Source of the DNA: Phaeosaccion multiseriatum
Taxonomy: Eukaryota; Protista; Ochrophyta, other classes
Length of the DNA: 64,000 nucleotides
Direction: 5' to 3'
Assembly: GCA_965112735.1 (NCBI GenBank)
Contig: OZ218959.1
Span: forward strand, 2,232,001-2,296,000
The translations under genes were made by a program, and so were the position numbers. Each line of letters begins with the position of its first letter. The stretch's first letter is position 1. Positions 58,354 to 64,000 of the stretch are shown in pieces. The notes below the pieces were generated by a model that searched no databases, was not told where the DNA came from, and was given only the letters and a program-made list of their open reading frames with translations.

Positions 58354-59514
58354 ATGAGCGCCACTGGCTTCGGTGTCTGCGGGCATAAGAACTCTTACAA
58401 TACAAGGGTCAAATGTGGGAACTGGATAGAGGACAGGTGGGTGTTCATCAGACAACGAAAGAGAGCGGGGAAGATCCATTCCTTTTCAGGGAGGCCTTCT
58501 CCCCCTTTCCTCTGCTATCATGGGAAGAGTATATCCATCCAAACCTTATCTCTCCACGCTCCCGGACTTTACGTGATGCGCATGTTGCCTTCCTCCCTCC
58601 TCCCCCCACCGCCCCCCGCTCTTCGCTCTACTCACCATCTCAGGGCGGGAATCGAGCTAAAGGCCGGACTCATCCCACAGCCGCACCTACCTGTGCCCTC
58701 CAGCACAGTACGGTCTGATTTCATCGACCCAAGATGCGTAGTAGACACGCGGCCTGCAGTAGATCAGAATCTTCCCTCGGTGCTGGTAAGTCTATCCATG
58801 GGTGGTGGACTGAGCACGCCGGCTATAATCCTTCCAGGCCCTAGTTCCTAATGTCTGCAGTGCGTGGCATGTTTCGCCTGGGGATTGCGGCCTGAGAGTG
58901 ATCAGACGCTCAGTGTAGTCGAAGCTGTTTCCAACCCCTGCTTCCTCCTCCGCACCCTTTCTCAGGAAGTGAAAGACAAGAACAGGAATGGGACTCCGGT
59001 GGAATTGCTCTTTGGGCACATGGAGAGTGCCGGAAGGACAGCAAGGCAAGACGCAAACGAGCGTTTCATGACGGTCTCTCGAACCGCGTTTCAGAACTCA
59101 TTCCCGTCGTACTCACCGTGTCTAGTCCCAGGTAGGTGTAGCTGATGCGAGTATGGAGGGCGTGGGGGGCATGCCAGCGAGTGCGCCTTGTTATGCTTTT
59201 GGCTTTCCTTTTGGCGTATTCCTTCGTTACCTCCCGCTCCTCCTGCTCTCCCTCACTTTCTTCCTTTCTCTCTCTCTCTCTCTCTCTCACCCCTATATAT
59301 ACCCCACTCTACTCCACTATTTTCATCAGGCGAGGTGTCGCCCCAGACTGAGCCCCCCCGCGAGAAGATGCAAGCGCGGCAGGCGAAGATCGCCCGGGAG
59401 CGTCTGGCGTGCACATCGTTCGCCACCACCAATCAGCTCATGTCCCAAAGGGCACAGGCCAAGGTCGATCACCAGCGGATGAACCGGCAGCTGAGTCTAC
59501 AGACGAACCAGTAG
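58354..59514 (+). CDS. Ciliary microtubule inner protein, CFAP107-like (GNWxE family), 4 exons
   Basis: Exons 58354-58436, 58644-58785, 58966-59131, 59330-59514, phase-consistent. Motifs YNTRVKCGNWIEDR, STVRSDF, ELLFGH, RFMTVSRTAF. Confidence 0.72.
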
Positions 59515-59711
59515 ACGAGCTGCCAGGAGGAACCAAGCTCAGTCAGAAGCTGAGCCAAGAGCAGACGAGCTGCCAGTCCGAAGAAGAGGGCAGACACGCG
59601 GCGCCGGTCTTTGCGAAGGCTGACTTGACTGACCCTCGAGGTTGACGCTGAGCTTCATGGCAAAGGAGCCCTCGCAAAAGTAAGGCACCGCGCCGTTCGC
59701 GGGGCCACCAG

Positions 59712-59843
59712 CGCCACTCTTCCGTGCCTTCCTTCACTACTCGGCGTCACTCTTCCGTGCCTTCCTTCACTACTCGGCGTCACTCTTCCGTGCCTTCCTT
59801 CACTACTCGGCGCCACTCTTCCGTGCCTTCCTTCACTACTCGG
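59712..59843. repeat. 33-bp minisatellite (CGTCACTCTTCCGTGCCTTCCTTCACTACTCGG) x4
   Basis: Near-identical tandem units, followed by a 30-bp unit x2 at about 59863-59922. Confidence 0.9.
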
Positions 59844-60189
59844 GGGGCGTCACGAGTCGCGCTCCAGCCTCCCCCCGTGAGGTACTGGGGGGTCCAGCCT
59901 CCCCCCGCGAGGTACTGGGGGGGGGGGGAGATATGGGTCACACTTTGAAGTCCTACGCTAAAGTAACATGTTAATAGAGTGCGGAAAAAAATAACATGCC
60001 GCGAGGGAAACGGGGCACGCACGCAGTCCCACCCGCCAGTCCAGTGTACAGGCCAAACACCACTCCACCCGGTCTTGAGCGGGCAGAACATGGGAAAGAG
60101 TGACACAGATGCTCAAATGAACAAGGGGAGGCAGGACCAGGAGCTTTATTCTCTCTTACTGGATTCGGTATGGTGCGATACCCAAGGTT

Positions 60190-60263
60190 TACGTCACACT
60201 TGCTCTCTAGCAGCAGCTGAGCCACCTCCATGGCACCAACCTCTGCCGCGAGGTGCAGTGGAG
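60190..60263 (-). pseudogene. 74-bp exact copy of ankyrin-gene exon 3 segment (56814-56887)
   Basis: TACGTCACACTTG...GTGCAGTGGAG is identical in both places, same orientation; flanks unrelated. Confidence 0.9.
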
Positions 60264-60362
60264 CTCGGAGCGGGATACGCAAAGTATGATGCTGCCCACT
60301 TCATTCCAGGTGTTGCACCATTTCAGGAGTGGATGGATCGAGGGATCGATGACTCAATTGAT

Positions 60363-63038
60363 TCACTTTTTTTTTGGTCTGGCCTTTGGCTTGGGCCGGA
60401 TCTTGCCGGTCGGCTTTGCCCTCTTGGTGCTCGGCTTCGCTTCGAGAGGAGCCATGGCCGCCATTGCCCCTAAGGACGACCCTCCTACTACTCCCCCTGG
60501 TAGTGCTACTGCTGCTGCTGCAGCTGCTGCTGGTGCAGAGGACGCCCCACTCGGTGCATCATCATCGTTGTCGCCATCAGCGGCTGCATGAACACCCCCC
60601 CCGCCCCCTCCATCCTCCTCCTCGTCGTCGTTGTCAGAGAGGTCCATCCGGTCGTCGTCTTGTGGTCCCTTCTTGCCAGCGCTGGCGCCGGCCTTGGCCT
60701 TGCGCTGCTTCTTCGCCTTGCCCTTCCCTGCTGCAGAAGGAGCAGCAGCTCCATCATCATCCTCATAATAGTCAACACCACCACCCCAATCATAATCCGC
60801 AGCTGCTGCAGCCCCCCCTCCAACATCCAGAAACACCCCCTCCCCCTCCAAGGCCTGCAAGTACGTCTCTCTCATGTGAGAGCAGGAAGGGGCATCAAAG
60901 GTTCCGTCTCCAAAACGTTCCTCCAACTCCTCCTGCCTTACTCTCCACGCCTCCTCTTGTCGCTGCACCACGTCGGGGAAATCCTGCGCAAAGGCAAAGT
61001 CGTCCACCAGCTTCAACACCCACCGCCGCTGCGAGGCATGCAGGAGCGCCACCCCTTCCAGTATGCGTTTCAGTTCGTTCGGAGTGACGCTGAGTCGCTC
61101 CTGCAGCTGGACTCTGTTCACGGCGCCATACCGATGAAGCAGCAGCAGCACGGCATCGCGGGCGTCCCGGAAGCGTTTCTCCTCCTTCCTGCGGCTATTA
61201 CTCCCCTCTCCTCCGCCGCCTTCCCCACTCCCCCCCCCCCCTCCTCTTCCTCCTCCTCCTCGCTTCGTCCTCTCCAGCACTATCATGTCACTGCTCTTTA
61301 GCACCCAATTCCCTCGCAGTAGCCGTGCGTGTTTCTCGAGATAGTTCACCATGGCCTGCTGTGGAATGTTACTCGCCACGTCTAGGAGCATTCGGAAGCA
61401 AAGCACCGTAGCGCGTTTAAGAAAACCCAACACCACCTCCTCCTTCTCCTCCAGTATAGGCAGATTCACGTCGATGGCATTGTTGCTGCTGCCCCCCCCC
61501 ATACCCTGACCACCCCCACCCTGTCCTCCTGCGTCCCCCTCCCCTCCTGCCTCTCCCTCCCCCTTCATGGCCAGTGACGCCAACTCTCTGCCCCCGAGGT
61601 AGTTGAGTGTATCGAGATAGGTGAGCTCGTCCCCTGCAAAGTCGAGGGGGTCGACTATCTTGTCGTCGTCCTCGGACTGAAGCGTCATTCTTGAGAAGGC
61701 TTGTCTGCGGGGTGGAAGAAAAGTCAAAGTGAAAAGGTGCAGGTTTTAGAAGGTGAATGACATTGAAGTACACAAATCGTCGTCTTTTGTGTGTGCTGTT
61801 GTTGTCTGTTGTTGTTGTTGTTGTTGCTGTTGTTTGGGGGCGGGCGAGCAAACAGTAGTCAGTAAGAGAAGAGGGGAAAATTGCTGAGAGGGCAAAAGGG
61901 AGCACAGCCACCAGTCCACCCATTAGTCGAGAGCAGCAGTCAAAGTCAAAGTACAGCCCCCCCCGAGCAGCAGTTGGCTCCTTTGCTCCAAGCGAACCAG
62001 CAAAGGCATCGGATACCCCTCTCCTTGCAGAAGCCTCTCGCTGCCCTGCCGTACTCACTTGCACTCATGGTCATCCACGTCTTGCACATTCAGCTCCACC
62101 CAGAGCTCTTGCTCCTCCTGTTGGCGCTTGTAGGCATAGCTGTTCTTCCGAGCCGCCATCGCACGCTCCGATTCCTTCTTCTTGTATCCTACCTGCAGGG
62201 TTGTTGTGTGTGCGTTGCAAGACGAGCACGAGAGCGGACAGAGAGAGGGACAGAGAGGGAGAGAGTGTGTGTGAGAGAGAGAGGTTGTCAAGAACGAGGG
62301 CGAGAGTGACACACAGGCGCGCACGGCGTGGGACCTAGCTCTACACGTGCTGGAAGGTTTAGGCGTTAGGCCTCACTCTCGCACCCACCCAACCATCTAC
62401 CCACCCACCCACCTGCTGTACAACTGGAGCGGTCTTGGCCTTCTCCTTCTCCTCCTCCTCGTCCAGGTCAACTTCCACCTCTACGTCTCTAGCGTCATCC
62501 ACGTGCTGAAAGGTCGGCCTCATTTGCATGATGGAATGTACAGGGGTGAGGAAGAGCTTATTGTCCTCCACAACACCCACTGCATAGTTGGTCACGGGCT
62601 TCAGGGCGACTCCCGACGACTTGACAGTCGCCAGGCGTAAGTGTGCCGGGGCCTGGTTGTCGTAGTTCTTGCCATAGTCCATGATGGAGTGCTCGACCTA
62701 GAGAGACAGAGAGGTACAGAGAGAGAGAGAGAGGCGGGGGAGGCAGGGCTGAGTGTCCACCACTTGCTTCCTTCCTCAGTGCAGGTAGCTAGCCTGCTTA
62801 GGATAGATACACATGGTAGGATAGTGTACGTCTTGCGGCCTACCCTCCCTGCAGCTACCTCTCTACTGACCTCGAGGAGCGCGTTCTTCGGCTTAGCTCT
62901 CGCCTTAACTGGGGGCTCCAGCGCCCGGTCCCTGGGCCTCAATGGATACTGCAGCAGATACAGGCGCTCTCGCATGCCTTGTGAGATCACCACATCCATC
63001 TCCCGCACCACGGGGTCGTCGTCCTCCGTGGAAGGCAT
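60363..63038 (-). CDS. RPC5: DNA-directed RNA polymerase III subunit RPC5 (Sin-like / POLR3E), 4 exons
   Basis: EDDDPVVREMDV...LYLLQYPLRP, NYAVGV...LFLTPVHSIMQMRPTFQHVD, LLRGNWVLKS. Exons 63038-62871, 62697-62413, 62192-62059, 61704-60363, phase-consistent. Confidence 0.93.
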
Positions 63039-63170
63039 CCCCGACCTGCGACTACAAGATTAAAAAAACCCTTCTGGATCCTGCTTTTACAGCGCCATAC
63101 GAGGAAACTTTCGAGCCCCCGCTGCAAGAAGAAGAGCCTAGGAAAGAGGGGCTGCTGCTGCGATGGCTGC

Positions 63171-63945
63171 TTGACCCCTGATGTCGATGTCGAAACATTG
63201 TCGAGTACTCGTATTGCTTGGGCCCAGGCCCGATCGTTAACCGTCGACAAATACTTGTACTTATCCCAGGTGAGGTATACCGCGTCCATTCTTGCCCGTC
63301 AATCAGAGGTGCGGCAGCATATTGTTGTGCTTACACTTGGCTCATGCTGGGCGTTTTCTCGCGGGTTGGTTGGGCGCTTTGCTGTCTGGATGAAGAATTT
63401 TCTTCTCTCTTTCATTTGCCTTTTTTCTGTCTCACCTATACTGCTGCCAGCCTGATGCGTGGACTATTGAATGTCTTTGTCCCCGGATGAGTCATGGGAA
63501 TGGGGAAGCTGGTGCCGTGGAATACGCACTTGCCACGGCGCCTGGGATAGCAGCAAGACACTGGCAGCTATTCCCACCGGTCGTGACCTCCGCCTGTGCA
63601 ATCCTGTTGCAGACTCATATGCGTGTAGGCAATAGGCAGGAACTGGTCTTTATAGAAAAGGAAAGGTTCTCGCCGTGCCTCGATCTAGCATGCAGGACTT
63701 TTCTCCGTGGGAAGGAAGGAAGGCGCTGTGAAGACAGAGCCACATGTGCCTGTGAGTCCTTCCTTGCTGTCCTTCTGACCCCCGCTGCGCTCCTTGCCCC
63801 CTTCTTTCTCTCTCTCTCTCGTGGTCTCCCATATGCACACACCGATGCTCTCGATCGCTTGATGTTCTCCTCCAGAAGCCGTAGCTTAGGCATACTGAAA
63901 AGACAAAGACGAGGAGCCGGAGAAGTTTCTCATACACACAGTTAG
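63171..63945 (+). other. Possible 5' part of an uncharacterised gene divergent from RPC5
   Basis: Plausible donor CAG|GTGAGG at 63269 and acceptor CCAG at 63450 join in frame to the 63487-63945 ORF; no clear ATG or domain. Confidence 0.25.
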
Positions 63946-64000
63946 TCACAGCAACCGTTAGTAAATCAATCCACCATGGGGCTTCTCACACTGCTCCGGA

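Noticed and set aside
59712-59922. 33-bp and 30-bp repeats as CRISPR or element termini
   Set aside because: Head-to-tail minisatellites without spacers; I could not identify TIRs, a TSD or Helitron ends.

Overview
Eukaryotic nuclear DNA: gene-dense and intron-rich, with GT-AG introns packed with microsatellites. It probably comes from a flagellated stramenopile/ochrophyte alga (inference from gene content and style). Most long ORFs in the track are simple-repeat artefacts, so I rebuilt gene models by hand from splice sites and reading frame. In order: an AAAP/SLC38-type amino acid transporter (+), Nup155 (-), a QRICH2/DUF4795-like coiled-coil protein (+), an intronless ankyrin protein with a C-terminal F-box-like motif (-), a ~19 kb MBD9/BAZ-like chromatin reader (+), three HSP20 paralogues, a DHCR24-like FAD oxidoreductase (-), a hypothetical ORF (+), a RanBP2-ZnF/ankyrin protein (-), a CFAP107-like ciliary protein (+) and RNA Pol III subunit RPC5 (-). 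Three observations stand out. (1) A 287-bp MITE (19-bp TIRs, 6-bp TSD) sits in an HSP20 exon, and its TIRs carry splice donor and acceptor sites that would remove it in frame in either orientation (Introner-like). (2) A dispersed motif CAGCAGTTGGTGATACAG recurs about 13 times on both strands, in different reading frames and in introns. (3) Intron microsatellites tend to be G-rich at the 5' end and C-rich at the 3' end, often as reverse complements. Family assignments rest on recognised motifs, not on database searches.
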